Shown here: piece after piece, positions 12,177-24,470 of the stretch
Layout: every line of letters begins with the position of its first letter
Numbering within the stretch: position 1 is the stretch's first letter
Program-made: the position numbers and the translations under genes
The notes under the pieces: generated by a model
The model's input: the letters and a program-made list of their open reading frames with translations, nothing else
What the model was told of the DNA's origin: nothing
The model's database searches: none
Assembly (NCBI RefSeq): GCF_001194135.2
Contig: NC_068995.1
Location: 11,659,469-11,699,335, forward strand
Direction of reading: 5' to 3'
Source: Octopus bimaculoides
Lineage: Eukaryota
DNA length: 39,867 bases

Positions 12177-12606
12177 AACCCGCACGACGTGAAGTCATCA
12201 TCTTTCCTCATCACGAAGATAACTCTCAGGTCATATTCTTCAAATTATAAACGATATTTGTTTTTCTGAAATCCTATATTTCCGCATTTTAATCGAGAAG
12301 ATATTTCATATTAACCGAACATGACACTACATTAAGCAATTAATTATAGACAGAGAGGAAGGTAATGCCTGAAAACGTGCCCTACAGGAGAAGAAGGATT
12401 CGTAATGCAGTAGAAACGTTGGCTTCAGAACACCTGTTTGACGTGGTTGGATTTCAAATCTGTGACAGATTCCGTTTTAAATAACTAACGAAAGTATGAA
12501 TGATGTTGACCAAAGACGAGTTGACGTATACATCTGCGTAAACGGAACGGATGGTGACTGGTTTGTGTGGTTAAAATAGTTTAGCGCTTCTTACATACAT
12601 GCATGT

Positions 12607-12651
<45 letters not shown>

Positions 12652-13015
12652 TGTGTGATCAGTGGGAAAATACCAGCTGTAATCAGGCAGGCAGACACAC
12701 ATCGTTCACGATGTCATACATACATTTAGGATACGTGTGTGTGTATGATACTGTTGATATAAATGCTAGTTGGTGTGTTGGCTGATTGGTTGGTTAGGTG
12801 GTTCACTCGTTGATTCTTCTGTCACGCTTTGCAGAAAGATTAGAAAGAAAGAGCAACAGTTAAAGAGAGATACAAAGAGAATTAACGCAAGAAATGCAGG
12901 ATGAGTGCGCATAATAGGCTAGGTGACAGTGAGTCAATGTAAAACTACACACACAAACACACACACACACACACTTACACCCACATACACACTCTCTCTC
13001 TATGTGTGTATGTAT

Positions 13016-13053
<38 letters not shown>

Positions 13054-13309
13054 ATATATATATATATATATANNNNNNNNNNTTCCCTCGCTTTCAGTAA
13101 ATATGTTGCTTATTTTTTGGTAGTTTTCGACTGATTTAGTCCCTCGAAGCGTGAGGCATTACTACACAGTTAATGCCCTTTATATAAAATTATTTATATT
13201 TATGAAAAAATGATGAATGTTTTTCATTACGTAATTTTTTTCATTATTTTTTTCATTATGAGGTTTTTTTCACGCTGACTACTTGATAAATTCTTATAAA
13301 GAATTTATC

Positions 13310-13351
<42 letters not shown>

Positions 13352-13404
13352 AAACTCTCTCTCTCACTTACAAGACACACACACACACACAAGAACACGC
13401 ACAT

Positions 13405-13870
13405 GGTGAGTGGAGATATACGAGGAAATGGAGCTGAAGGAGTTGAAATAGTTATAGTAAGAATTCAAAATTTGCTGGGGATAGATCTTTCGATGGAGCA
13501 CTTTACGAAGACTTTCGGGGCCTGAACTACAACTGATGACTTCTAGAATTCCTTGGCCTGGCAGTGTTACCGATGAGTTCTGCCTTTTTGAAAAGTCTTC
13601 TCCAGATACGGAAGCGCCGCTAGGTGTCACTGCCCGAAATGCACGCAACGTGTTGAAACAGCACTGCATGCACTCGCGTAGTATCCCTACACAGTTGACC
13701 TATGGAATTGATGTTATCGCATGTAGAAGGAATCTGACTGTCGGTTGAACCCATAATATGGATCGTGCCACCACCCATCTTTAACAAGGCAGAGAAGGCT
13801 TTGTTCCTCTGTGTAGTGGCTACGGCGAACTAGGTTGCTTGGTGGACGACGTTGAAAAGAATTTAAGAAC
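13405..13870 (+). mobile_element. L1/Tx1-like LINE ORF2 C-terminal remnant (zf-RVT region)
   Basis: One frame with stops reads LLGIDL..EHFTKTFG...DDF*NSLAWQCYR*VLPF (13553) ...CPKCTQRVETALHAL (13631-13675) ...DLWN. This matches the LAW...CPxC..ETxxH motif of L1/Tx1 ORF2. Confidence 0.7.
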
Positions 13871-13984
13871 TACACTTTCCTCTTGGATAGAACCATCATC
13901 GACTTTTTCAAGTTCCACATCCTGTTTTATATTCAATTCCCCAAAATCTATGACGTCTTTATACACGATATATGCTGTCATTTC

Positions 13985-14030
13985 TTAACAGGAGAAAGTT
14001 TGATTTGAGGGAAATTTCGCTGCTATTTTA
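13985..14030 (-). repeat. Fragment of a dispersed repeat shared with 29480-29575
   Basis: The reverse complement AAATAGCAGCGAAATTTCCCTCAAATCA resembles ATATAGCAGCCAAATCTCCGTCAAATTA at about 29487-29514. Confidence 0.4.
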
Positions 14031-14377
14031 AGACAGCCTTCTTGACTTTATATCCATTCGAAAACGATGCTGGTGTATACATCCGTGCATAGCATTTCCT
14101 TTTCTACTTCCTCATTCTCCAGGCTTTTTAAATAGAATATGTGTGAGATATAATATTCACAATCCTTCTGGGTCAGTCTGTTACCATTTCCTTTCAGCAT
14201 GTCACACTTCCAGTCCACTTTCCCACATTCTATTTTTCAAATAATCTTCCAAGTTATCATTCTTTTATCTCATTTGCAAGGGAACTAATATGGTTTCTTT
14301 TCTCTCTGCATCTTCCTCTCTGTCTCTGCTTGCCCTCTCTCTCTCTTCTTACCTCAATCTCCCTTCCCCCCTGACTT

Positions 14378-14419
<42 letters not shown>

Positions 14420-16411
14420 TCAACCTATTTCCTCTTGATGAAACGATCAGTTACTCAGCTTCACTTTTAGTCAAGATTCGCTGTATGAAAAAGAGTAATA
14501 AATAAATAAAAGAAAATAGAATTAAAAAAAAAAGAATAATACACAAATATAAAGAAACATCTCACTGCATTCAAGATTTCCTTTTCATCTGATATTATTC
14601 TTCATAGAAGCTGTCTTCGTATTTTCGATATATCTCTTTCGGAATGCCACCAGGCTCTGCCGTTCTATTTTTCTAAATACTCTAACAGCTTCACCATCTT
14701 GTCAACAGTTTCAAATTATAATTACCTATGTTCGTTTACTCATATTTTTGTTACCTATTTTCTGATATACACATGCTGTGCTTGGATTCTTCTAAAACAT
14801 ATACTATATCTGAAACATCTGAAGTTGGACACCGGCTAAATCATTATCTAGGACTTGAAGAATGGGAGGATAATTCGGAAATGTTATTCCAAAACCATGG
14901 TCAATATTTAGATGATAAGAACTGGTTGCATGGTTGCTGATGCACTTAGGAGACTGACGTTGGATCAAAATACGTGACACATGAATCAACGAGCACGAAG
15001 TGTAGTATACTTCGTTCATAAAATTATATACCTCATTTTAAACATATCACTTATCTACTCATAACAAAACAGACAAGATCAAACGGTTTACAACTACACT
15101 TCCAATCACTAGGTATCAAATTCGACTAAAGTGCTAAACACAGTAGCATCTTGGACAATGCTTTCTCCAACCAAAGCCACGAATCATGAAACTGAGTTGG
15201 TTTAAACCAGCAGAAATTCAGGAAATGCCTTGTAGCTGAAATACCGAGAGCCCATTTGTCACAAATTGTGTCATTATGATTTTCTTTCAGTTTTCCATTG
15301 AAGACACAGATTCCTGTGAAATGCCACGCTAGATATAACGCAAAGGCATTATAATAGTGTTCGTCGAAACTGGAAGAAGACAACATTTAGTATGTCTTTA
15401 TTATTTTTGTCTCTTGTTTGCAATTACTTAATTCTTCAGGAAATAATTTCTCCCGATCTTATTTCTTTTGTCTAGGGTAAACTTCGAGATTAGATTTATA
15501 GTTTTTAACATTACTTTTCTCTTATAGTCATAATACATGCATTTCAGTTGATGCTATGCATTAAATTAGTGATACTAAATAATATCTCGATAAGTGAAAC
15601 AGACTGTAAGTTCGAAGTTTCTGAAAAACGTCAACACTGTACTAAACTAATGATTAGTCTTGTGTAATTAGTCTTGTGTAATTTTGTGTAATGTGGTCGG
15701 AAAGATATAAAGGCATTCCAGTCATCTCACTTTTTTCTGGCTAACAATATTTTATGATAATATGGCCTCTGATTCTATAAGAAAGCAGGCTGTTTCAAAG
15801 CATTTCAAGTGAAGTTTCTATATTAAAAACAATTATTTCAAGACGCATATTGAGGACATGCAAAGACATTTATAATGCATCATCTTATAATTTACAGACA
15901 TAAAAGGACATATTTAATCAATCAGATGTCTATCTTAAGTGAATCCGCAGCCGGATTTAACTTGAACACTTATTGGAAGTTGGTGAACTTGATTCCCATC
16001 AGATAGCGCGGGTTACAGACTGATGATGTGAAGTCACTGAAATGCTGCTATTAGAGTGACAAAGACGTTAGTAAGATATAAGAGAAGCAACTCTGTCAAT
16101 ATTAACTTCTGTTCGAAAGTAAGTTAAATCATCGGCTTTCCCTGAATTGGTTTCTAGTTTAGTCAGTTGAAAATTTATCACGATAAAAGATCGTCTGCGA
16201 CGAAAATTGGAAGTCATCTCAGCTTTCTTGTTATAGGATATTGCAGTCTGCTTCAGTATATGCAGTTTCACAGAGAAACACAGCGTTTTATTACATAATA
16301 CGTTGTAGTAAAAAAAAGCTCTATCGATAAAGTTTCAAATTATTGTGCCGCAGATACGAGTTACACTCTTGCTCCTACACTTTCAAAATAAAATAGAAAT
16401 TTCATCGTGGG

Positions 16412-16954
16412 TTACACGGTCCGTTGAAATCCGGTTTTTTGCAGCCCCCGGCGAACAGTTTTTGTAGAAACTGGGTTCTCAAGGTGGTCATTAAGCTCTG
16501 CAATAATTTTGGGAGCTGTACTTTTGTGATCCTTTCTAACAATTCGTGTAAGAGACCGACGATCCTTATCTGAAAGTTTTGGTTTTCTTCCGGAGTTTTG
16601 TTTCGACGAGGAGGTTTCTTCCCCTCTTTCTCAAAGGCTGTCATTACTTTCTAGACAGCACTTCTTGATACACCAAGCATTTCGTCTGTTTTCGTTACGC
16701 TAGCGCCTGCCATACGAGCACCAACAATTTGACCTCTTTGAAAGTCCGATAGATCTGTTATTTTAATGAATTTTAATTACTTTTTTCTGATGATATCTGA
16801 ACAGAAACAGCAATTTTAGAAAAACACATTAAGCAACACTAATAATAATTTTAAAAAAAAACATAAAAATAAACAATTTTTTGACGGTATTGTAGATATT
16901 TCAAAATTATGATGCTATGATGCTAGGTGTTTCCGTTATTTTGTCTAACCTCTG
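16412..16954 (-). mobile_element. Tc1-like transposon, 5' half (TIR plus N-terminal transposase), truncated
   Basis: The minus-strand TIR CAGAGGTTAGACAAAATAACGGAAACACC follows TA at 16955-56. From 16761 it reads (I)TDLSDFQRGQIVGARMAGASVTKTDEMLGVSRSAV*KVM...SGRKPKLSDKDRRSLTRIVRKDHKSTAPKI.AELNDHLENPVSTKTVRR, a paired-like HTH typical of Tc1. Confidence 0.92.
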
Positions 16955-17385
16955 TACANNNNNNNNNNNNNNNNNNNNNNNNNNNNNNNNNNNNNNNNNN
17001 NNNNNNNNNNNNNNNNNNNNNNNNNNNNNNNNNNNNNNNNNNNNNNNNNNNNNNNNNNNNNNNNNNNNNNNNNNNNNNNNNNNNNNNNNNNNNNNNNNNN
17101 NNNNNNNNNNNNNNNNNNNNNNNNNNNNNNNNNNNNNNNNNNNNNNNNNNNNNNNNNNNNNNNNNNNNNNNNNNNNNNNNNNNNNNNNNNNNNNNNNNNN
17201 NNNNNNNNNNNNNNNNNNNNNNNNNNNNNNNNNNNNNNNNNNNNNNNNNNNNNNNNNNNNNNNNNNNNNNNNNNNNNNNNNNNNNNNNNNNNNNNNNNNN
17301 NNNNNNNNNNNNNNNNNNNNNNNNNNNNNNNNNNNNNNNNNNNNNNNNNNNNNNNNNNNNNNNNNNNNNNNNNNNNNNNNNNNNN

Positions 17386-17473
<88 letters not shown>

Positions 17474-17979
17474 AATATAATATACACATAGATACGAATA
17501 TTTTTGTGAGCATGCGCGTCTGTGAATGTGTATATGTGTGTTTGTGTATGTGTGCGCGCGCCTCTGCGTGTGTGGTTGTGTATTTTGTTTTTCTGTTTCG
17601 TAATTCATACCATTTTGATTAACATCTTCAGATTTTTCTACGCTTCCTCAGATAATCTAAAAAAAGAAATATACCCTAGAATCGTATCAAATAGTTTATG
17701 CAAATCTATTCACGCTCTTGAACCTTCCATTCGCAGCCTATCTTCTATGTTTGCGGTATAATATCTATGTGTATACAGGTTCTATTTAATACGTGGAAAG
17801 AAGTTCGTTTCTCAATGTGTTGTGTGAGACGTCTGTTCACACTTATGTCAAGGTTCGACTGAAACCTTGTATTTAGTTTCCTGAAAAAGAAGGTGTCGAA
17901 GGACTGTCCTGTGCTTGGGAGGTTGACTGCGTTTATAGCTCGGTTGAATAAGAATACCTGATTTGGGAAAACTTTCTTT

Positions 17980-18038
17980 ATAACTGAAGAGATGTTGGCG
18001 TGGGTTCCCACCCCGGCATCCGAAACTCGGAGTTTTAT
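17980..18038 (+). ncRNA. Minimal type I hammerhead ribozyme candidate
   Basis: Stem I ATAA/TTAT, CTGAAGA (17984-90), stem II GATGTTGG/CCGGCATC with inner GTGG/CCAC hairpin, GAAA (18022-25), stem III AC-TCGGA-GT and a GTT triplet. There is one extra C before GAAA. Confidence 0.6.
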
Positions 18039-18064
18039 CATGGCTACCGAATAAGTGTCACATA

Positions 18065-18101
<37 letters not shown>

Positions 18102-18374
18102 GTACATACATACATATANNNNNNNNNNNNNNNNNNNNNNNNNNNNNNNNNNNNNNNNNNNNNNNNNNNNNNNNNNNNNNNNNNNNNNNNNNNNNNNNNN
18201 NNNNNNNNNNNNNNNNNNNNNNNNNNNNNNNNNNNNNNNNNNNNNNNNNNNNNNNNNNNNNNNNNNNNNNNNNNNNNNNNNNNNNNNNNNNNNNNNNNNN
18301 NNNNNNNNNNNNNNNNNNNNNNNNNNNNNNNNNNNNNNNNNNNNNNNNNNNNNNNNNNNNNNNNNNNNNNNNNN

Positions 18375-18636
18375 GAAAGAAGCCCGTCGTATATGTGTAT
18401 ATATATGTGTATGTGTGTGTGTGTTTGTATGTCTGTGTTTGTCCCCCCAACATCGCTTGACAACCGATGCTGGTGTGTTTATGTCCCCGTAACTTAGTGG
18501 TTCGGCTATAGAGACCGATAGAATAAGTACTAGACTTCCAAAGAATAAGTCCTGGGGTCGATTTCTTCGACTAAAGGCGGTGCTCCAGCATGGCCGCAGT
18601 CAAAAGACTGAAACAAGTAAAAGAGTAAAAGAGTAA
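18375..18636 (+). mobile_element. SINE family A: end of head, internal microsatellite, 3' body (rest of head probably in gap)
   Basis: GAAAGAAGCCCGTCGT, then (TA/TG)n, then the body matching 1091-1298, ending GTAAAAGAGTAAAAGAGTAA. Confidence 0.9.
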
Positions 18637-19822
18637 CATATACACACACACCCAGACACTCAGATATAATGACGTCACTTAATTTTCAGTCAATTACACT
18701 GTAAATGATTACATGTTAATTATTTCCGTTTTCTCATTTATTTACGAATCAAACAATATATGAAATGAAGGAAATTTTGTTATTCTTTTAAAATATTTAA
18801 ATTTATTTACGGATATATTAAATTAGTTTGTTGCACTTATTGACAGTATCAATGACGCTACTGAAATAACCACCATCATTTAATTTAAGGACGTCAAATG
18901 CTTATAAAATTTTTCAGCAAAATGGCGGTTGTACATAAAAGATCAAACGAATCATTGGTTGGGTGCTCAAAATTTCTCAAAACAGAATCACATTGCTGAA
19001 GGAATAAAACTATTACTTTGATGATCAAATTATCTAGAAATTCTTCAAAACATTTTTTCTATAATTATACATGTCCATGAATTACATCGATTTCTTTTGG
19101 TGAATTCTCATATCGAGTCGTTTCAGTAAATTTTGTACCTGCGTTGGCCAATGAAGATGTTGGAAATCATTGCTTTTAAAGAATCTTTTGATTATTCTAC
19201 AGGTATTCTTTAGGTTGTTGACTTATTGAAATCTCAGTGAGCCGCCAAAATGGCATATGAAATCTAGTCTTCTGTAAAATATGTAAAATGCTCTGGATAA
19301 TATATGCTGCCAATCTTCTGTGATCAGACAGATGTAACAGGTACTTTTCCAGTTGCGTAACTCCAGATTATGACATGGCCAACACAACACTTACCTGTTG
19401 AATACATCAAATACCAAATACTACAATTAATGGTGTGGTTTGAGTTTTTTTTTAACAAAAACCTCAGTGGTCCTTTCATTATGCTGTGAAGTCTATTCCG
19501 GCTTTATTTTATGTTAGATAATTTTTTTGGATTTTTTAAAGTTAATTGTTTTTACAAATGTAAAATGCTCTTTAATTCCATATAGTGTTAGGAAATTGAT
19601 TGAATTAGCATAGATAATTAATAAGTAAAGTTTAATCATGTATACAGAATTTTCTTTCAACTAAGGGAGGCTAGTGTTAACAGGCCCACACACAAACACA
19701 CATATATAAATAGAGATAGTTAAGTATAAACTCATTCATAAATATATACTTACAAACATATATTCTTGTTTATCTCCCACTTACATGTATGTATATATAT
19801 ATATATATATATNNNNNNNNNN

Positions 19823-19912
19823 AAGTACCAGTTGCGTACTGGGGTCGATCTAATCGATTGGCCCTCTCCCCCAAAATTTCGGGCCTTGTCCCTAGCGTAG
19901 AAAAGAATGTAT
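19823..19912 (+). mobile_element. SINE family D, 3' fragment
   Basis: AAGTACCAGTTGCGTACTGGGGTCGATCTAATCGA...AAAATTTCGGGCCTTGT.CCTAG.GTAGAAAAGAAT matches the reverse complement of 32207-32290 and 36360-36430. Confidence 0.8.
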
Positions 19913-20764
19913 TATCAAGTAAACCAAGCGACTGAATGAAAATATATACGACATATATAATGGTTTACAATTCAGGGAAGAGGATAATTTTTTTGAAGCG
20001 TTCGCTTATTGATATTATCAAACTGGACTAACACTTTACTTTCACAGCTCCGAATGGTTAAAATGCAAAGTAGAACACAGTCAAACGAAATGAAGAATGT
20101 ATTGGGTTTGTAAAGACTGCCTAATGATTTTGCCAATCTACTCGCCTGAATTTATAAGATATGATATAGAAATATGTGAGTCTACGATATTCCAAAGAGA
20201 AACAGCCAAAGATTTTGCTATGTTTTCTATATTCTTTCTGAAATTTATTATTCTTAGTCTTCAATATGTTATACCAGACATCACAGTATGTATAAAGTTG
20301 TATTGTTCTCGTTCTTTTTACAGTTTATTTTTTCGAAATCGAGGTCAGTCTGTGAAAAAGTTGGTTCCAGTTGCTGTTGCCACTTCCTATTACTTTTAAT
20401 TTTATTATGCAACTCTAATATGTGCGTAGCACTTCACAGTATAACTTTAGGAAAATTAATTAAAAATTTAACAACAATACCAACAAAAAATACTGATTAT
20501 TTATAACGGTTAATTAGGAAACTAATTAAATATTTCCTATGAACATGTCTACGTGAAACGAATATTACTCACACCTGACTTTATTAATTAGACAAAAATT
20601 AACGCTAACTTTCATTTATTCATTATTCTACTGCAATATTCTGACTAAAGAGGAATAAAAGTGTTTTAGGAAAATTGTTAGTCGCCAAATTTTGCAATCA
20701 AGTGGGTTGGTGTTTTGACCTCAACAATCAAAATCTGTCTTACTGATGTTTTAATAATAATAAA

Positions 20765-21570
20765 ATTTCCTTCTAATTTTTGGCACAAAGCCTGGAATTT
20801 TAGGGAAAGAATTTTTGTCGATAATTTCGAGCTCGGTGTTCGACTGGTAATTATTTTATCGACTCTGAAAAGCTGAAATGCAAAGTCGAGTTTTACAGAA
20901 TTTCAATATAGAATATAAAACAGATTTCTGGAAGAAATTACATGACGAATTTTGTCCGAGGCCCCACGATTCTGTCAGCTTGCAACCTTAACGCCAATAA
21001 TGGTTTCAAATTTTCGCACAATGCCAGCAGTTTTGGAGGGAGGGCATTAATCTATTACATCGTTCCCAGTATTTAACTGGTCCTTAATTTTATCCACCCT
21101 GAAAGGACGACTCGACAGAATTTGAACATTAACTGGGACGAAACGCTAAGTATTTCATCCACGTGCTAACTATATCTAATAGCTCACCGGCTGAATAATC
21201 TTTCTACTGTTTTCTACGATAAGCACAATGCCTGAAAATCTGAGGACGCGCTAGTCGATTTCATTGACCTCTGCAGAATTTGTATTCGGTACGTAAAACC
21301 GTAAGAAACGCCATTAATCATTTTGTCGGTGTGTTAACATTTCTACCAACCCATCCATCGTCTTTCGCCGACTTAATAACCTTTCTACAATAAACACAAA
21401 TCCTGATCTATTGAAGGAAAGGGCAAGTCGATTACAGTGTTAAACTGTTATTTATTTTATCGACACTGAAATGACGAAAGCATCTCCACTGTTGAGAAAT
21501 TTGAACCCAGTAGAACCAGTTCAAATGTTTAGTCATTTCTCGACGCGCTAACGATTCAGCCAGCATGGCG
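20765..21570 (-). mobile_element. Head-to-tail array of four diverged SINE family D units (~200 bp period)
   Basis: Units at about 20765-20983, 20990-21188, 21193-21356 and 21372-21570. Each starts with a TT(T)CTAC...GCACAA.GCC-like 3' end and finishes with a GCTAACGATTC.GCCAGC-like 5' end. An internal TTATTTTATCGAC.C.GAAA is seen in units 1, 2 and 4. Confidence 0.75.
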
Positions 21571-22312
21571 ACTTAATGCGATAACAATAATATGTTTTTG
21601 AACAATGCTCTTCCCGTTGCTCCAGTTCGCCCAGTTGTAAATGGATAAACCGTTGTCGTATTGGCCTACTTGAGCGGGAATGATAACCTGTGAAAATTAC
21701 CCCCAACGGAGGACTTGTGAGCCACGTTTTACATACAGCAATCGAAATATCGATTAGTAAAACCCGTACCGTGAATCCCGACTGGTTGGGATTGATTTCT
21801 TAGACAAATCTATGATGATGATATACAGGATTAACAGTTTATTGTGCACACAAACTCCGCTCTGCCCTCCGCTATTGTTTATGCTGGAGAAAGGCCGCCC
21901 ATTTGAGCCGATGCCACTTCGTTCAAGTGTCATTGGTGTTGTGGTTTGAACGCGAGGAGCCAGCACAGATAATGCACGGCATCTTGGCCGATCGCCTGAC
22001 TGTTTCACGAAACCACCATCATCGTGCTTGCAAAACTGTAGGCACTGTTAGAATCTTCAGCTGACAGAGTGTAGATTAAAACTAGACGGAACATTAAGTC
22101 TGTCACACAGGAGACCCAATACAATTAGCAAGTAAATACTTTAATTCCCGACAGTTTTGTGTCAATTATGTTATTTAAATATAAAATCATGTCAGAAAAC
22201 TAGCAACTGCCTACGATAAAAAGCTTAGGGCGTCGCGACACAACACTGTTGGAAACACTGATATGGCGTTCCGTCGTTAGCACACGTGCTACACACACGC
22301 ATATAAATACAG

Positions 22313-22366
<54 letters not shown>

Positions 22367-22636
22367 NNNNNNNNNNNNNNNNNNNNNNNNNNNNNNNNNN
22401 NNNNNNNNNNNNNNNNNNNNNNNNNNNNNNNNNNNNNNNNNNNNNNNNNNNNNNNNNNNNNNNNNNNNNNNNNNNNNNNNNNNNNNNNNNNNNNNNNNNN
22501 NNNNNNNNNNNNNNNNNNNNNNNNNNNNNNNNNNNNNNNNNNNNNNNNNNNNNNNNNNNNNNNNNNNNNNNNNNNNNNNNNNNNNNNNNNNNNNNNNNNN
22601 NNNNNNNNNNNNNNNNNNNNNNNNNNNNNNNNNNNN

Positions 22637-22691
<55 letters not shown>

Positions 22692-23211
22692 ATATATGTA
22701 CGTATATATCTGTATATGTTTAAGGAGGTAAAGACACACATACACACACACACACACACATTTATAATAATATAATTATACAAGTCCTTGCCTCGTTAAA
22801 CAATATATATATATATACGTAGATATGTATGCTAATGCGGAAAGAGACATGAGGCCAGTCGGTGGCAAGCTCCAGGCATGACACAAATTAAGCGCTGTTT
22901 TAATCTCTCGTTTAAAGCTATTAAACTAAACTTAAGCCACCAAGACCACCCATGAAATTATAAACTACAGCCTAGCACCAATTTATTCTCGCTCATTACA
23001 GTTCTCCACGTACCATATTCATCAGCCCTCCCTCCGGGTCGGTGTTTACGTCATGTTGGGTCCAGTTTAGCTAGATCCAAGAAGTATTAATTTATCTTTA
23101 ATACCTCTGTGATCAGTAAATTAATTATCGATAATATATATATTGTCAATTCTATTGACAACCTGACAACCTTCATCTTGTACTATGGTGTAGGAATACG
23201 TGGTCATGAGA

Positions 23212-23390
23212 GGAGTTAGCATGACCGTGTAGTTAAGAAGTTCGAATCGCAGCCACATGGTTTTGAGTTGAGTGCTACTGAGCAGCACCTTCGACAAATG
23301 TCTGCTAGGAATGCCTACTACAATATCTCCAAGCTGAAAGATACCCTTTGTGTGAATATGGTAAAAAGGAAACTGTTCAGATGCTCGTTA

Positions 23391-23392
<2 letters not shown>
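23212..23392 (+). mobile_element. Old, diverged SINE family A head
   Basis: GCATGACCGTGTAGTTAAGAAGTT...CCACATGGTTTTGAGTTGAGT...GCAGCACCTTCGACAAATGTCT...GTGAATATGGTA...GGAAACTG aligns loosely with 11314-11470 and runs into a microsatellite. Confidence 0.6.
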
Positions 23393-23451
<59 letters not shown>

Positions 23452-23582
23452 GTCTGCCTGTGTGGTTGTCTATTTATCTGTCTGTCTGTTTGTCTGTCTG
23501 TCTGTATGTATGTATGTATGTATGTATGCATGTCTGTCTATCTCTCTCTCTATCTGTCTATCCCTGTCTCTCTGTTTCTCTC

Positions 23583-23669
<87 letters not shown>

Positions 23670-23757
23670 TATATGCATGTGTGTATGCAGACATATGTAT
23701 ATATGTGCATGTATGTGTATGTGTGTGGGTGCGTATGTATGTATATATATATATATG
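23390..23757. repeat. Compound microsatellite (TATC)n-(TGTC)-(TATG)n-(TC)n-(TA)n-(TG/TATG)
   Basis: Direct reading of the sequence. Confidence 0.95.
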
Positions 23758-24129
23758 AATCATTCCTCAGTGATCTATTAAACATTGATATAATTCCTCC
23801 CATGCTATTTATTACAACCAAACTATTCATTACTCAGCACCAGAGGAAAACATCTGAGACAATTTACCAATCACTAATGATATTATATTAATGATATTCA
23901 ATAAAAATCTATCAAGTTTCTGTTACTTATGTATATAGCGAATTATAGCAATATACAAATGATGAAATAAATCAGTTTAACGATAATATTTAAGTGACTT
24001 AGCCGTAATGTATTTATGGTATTTAATAACTATGGATGAAGCTAATCCTTCGATTAAATAGATGAGTCCCAAGTGAAGTATCTACTCGTCTCTAGAGCTC
24101 TATCCAGTGGTGACGGAATGAAGGAACTT

Positions 24130-24470
24130 AGCTCCACCGTGATCTACATGTTGAAAGTTTATCTAACACCGACGTTGGCAGAACTCCTCTCAGAAGTGAA
24201 AATGGGTTTGCTTAGGGCTAACCACCCTACTTAGGAAAAAGCACAGTTATAGAAGTCTCGATAATAATTGGAAAAAACAACAATGTCTGGGAGAGGAAAG
24301 CCTTTTCTTGCGGAAACATATGACGCCATGCAACAAAATCCGAAACGAAGCTTTGCGGAAGTAATGGTTCAAGTGGAGAGCAGCGGAAAAAGACACCCCA
24401 AAGTCGAGAACAGTATAGACCAGTCGTTGACCGCCTATGCTCTATAGGAAGCAAAGAGTTTATGTAAAGT
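24130..24470 (+). mobile_element. Short RTE-like non-autonomous element, copy 1
   Basis: 24200-24240 AAATGGGTTTGCTTAGGGCTAACCACCCTACTTAGGAAAAA is shared with 34560-34600. The 3' end GCCTATGCTCTATAGGAAGCAAAGAG resembles RTE 3' termini. Boundaries are approximate. Confidence 0.5.

Noticed and set aside
14090-14290. Possible LINE remnant on the minus strand (KWTGSV...PRRI)
   Set aside because: Similarity is too weak to support.
16011-16055. CTGATGA-TGTGAAGTCACT-GAAA hammerhead-like core
   Set aside because: Stem II is plausible but stems I and III barely pair. It is too decayed to call.
18915-18990. YY1-like CAAAATGGCGG with nearby ATTGG
   Set aside because: A single short motif whose ORF is only 26 codons. 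A promoter cannot be supported from sequence alone.
19230-19425. Strong minus-strand donor CAG|GTAAGTG (19389-19398) and short frames such as GHVIIWSYATGK or LEKYLLHLSDHRR
   Set aside because: No consistent open exon with a matching acceptor. It may be an old LINE 3' remnant, but the motifs are too weak.
20097-20399. 100-aa ORF
   Set aside because: AT-rich composition, no recognisable domain or splice context. Its length is compatible with chance.
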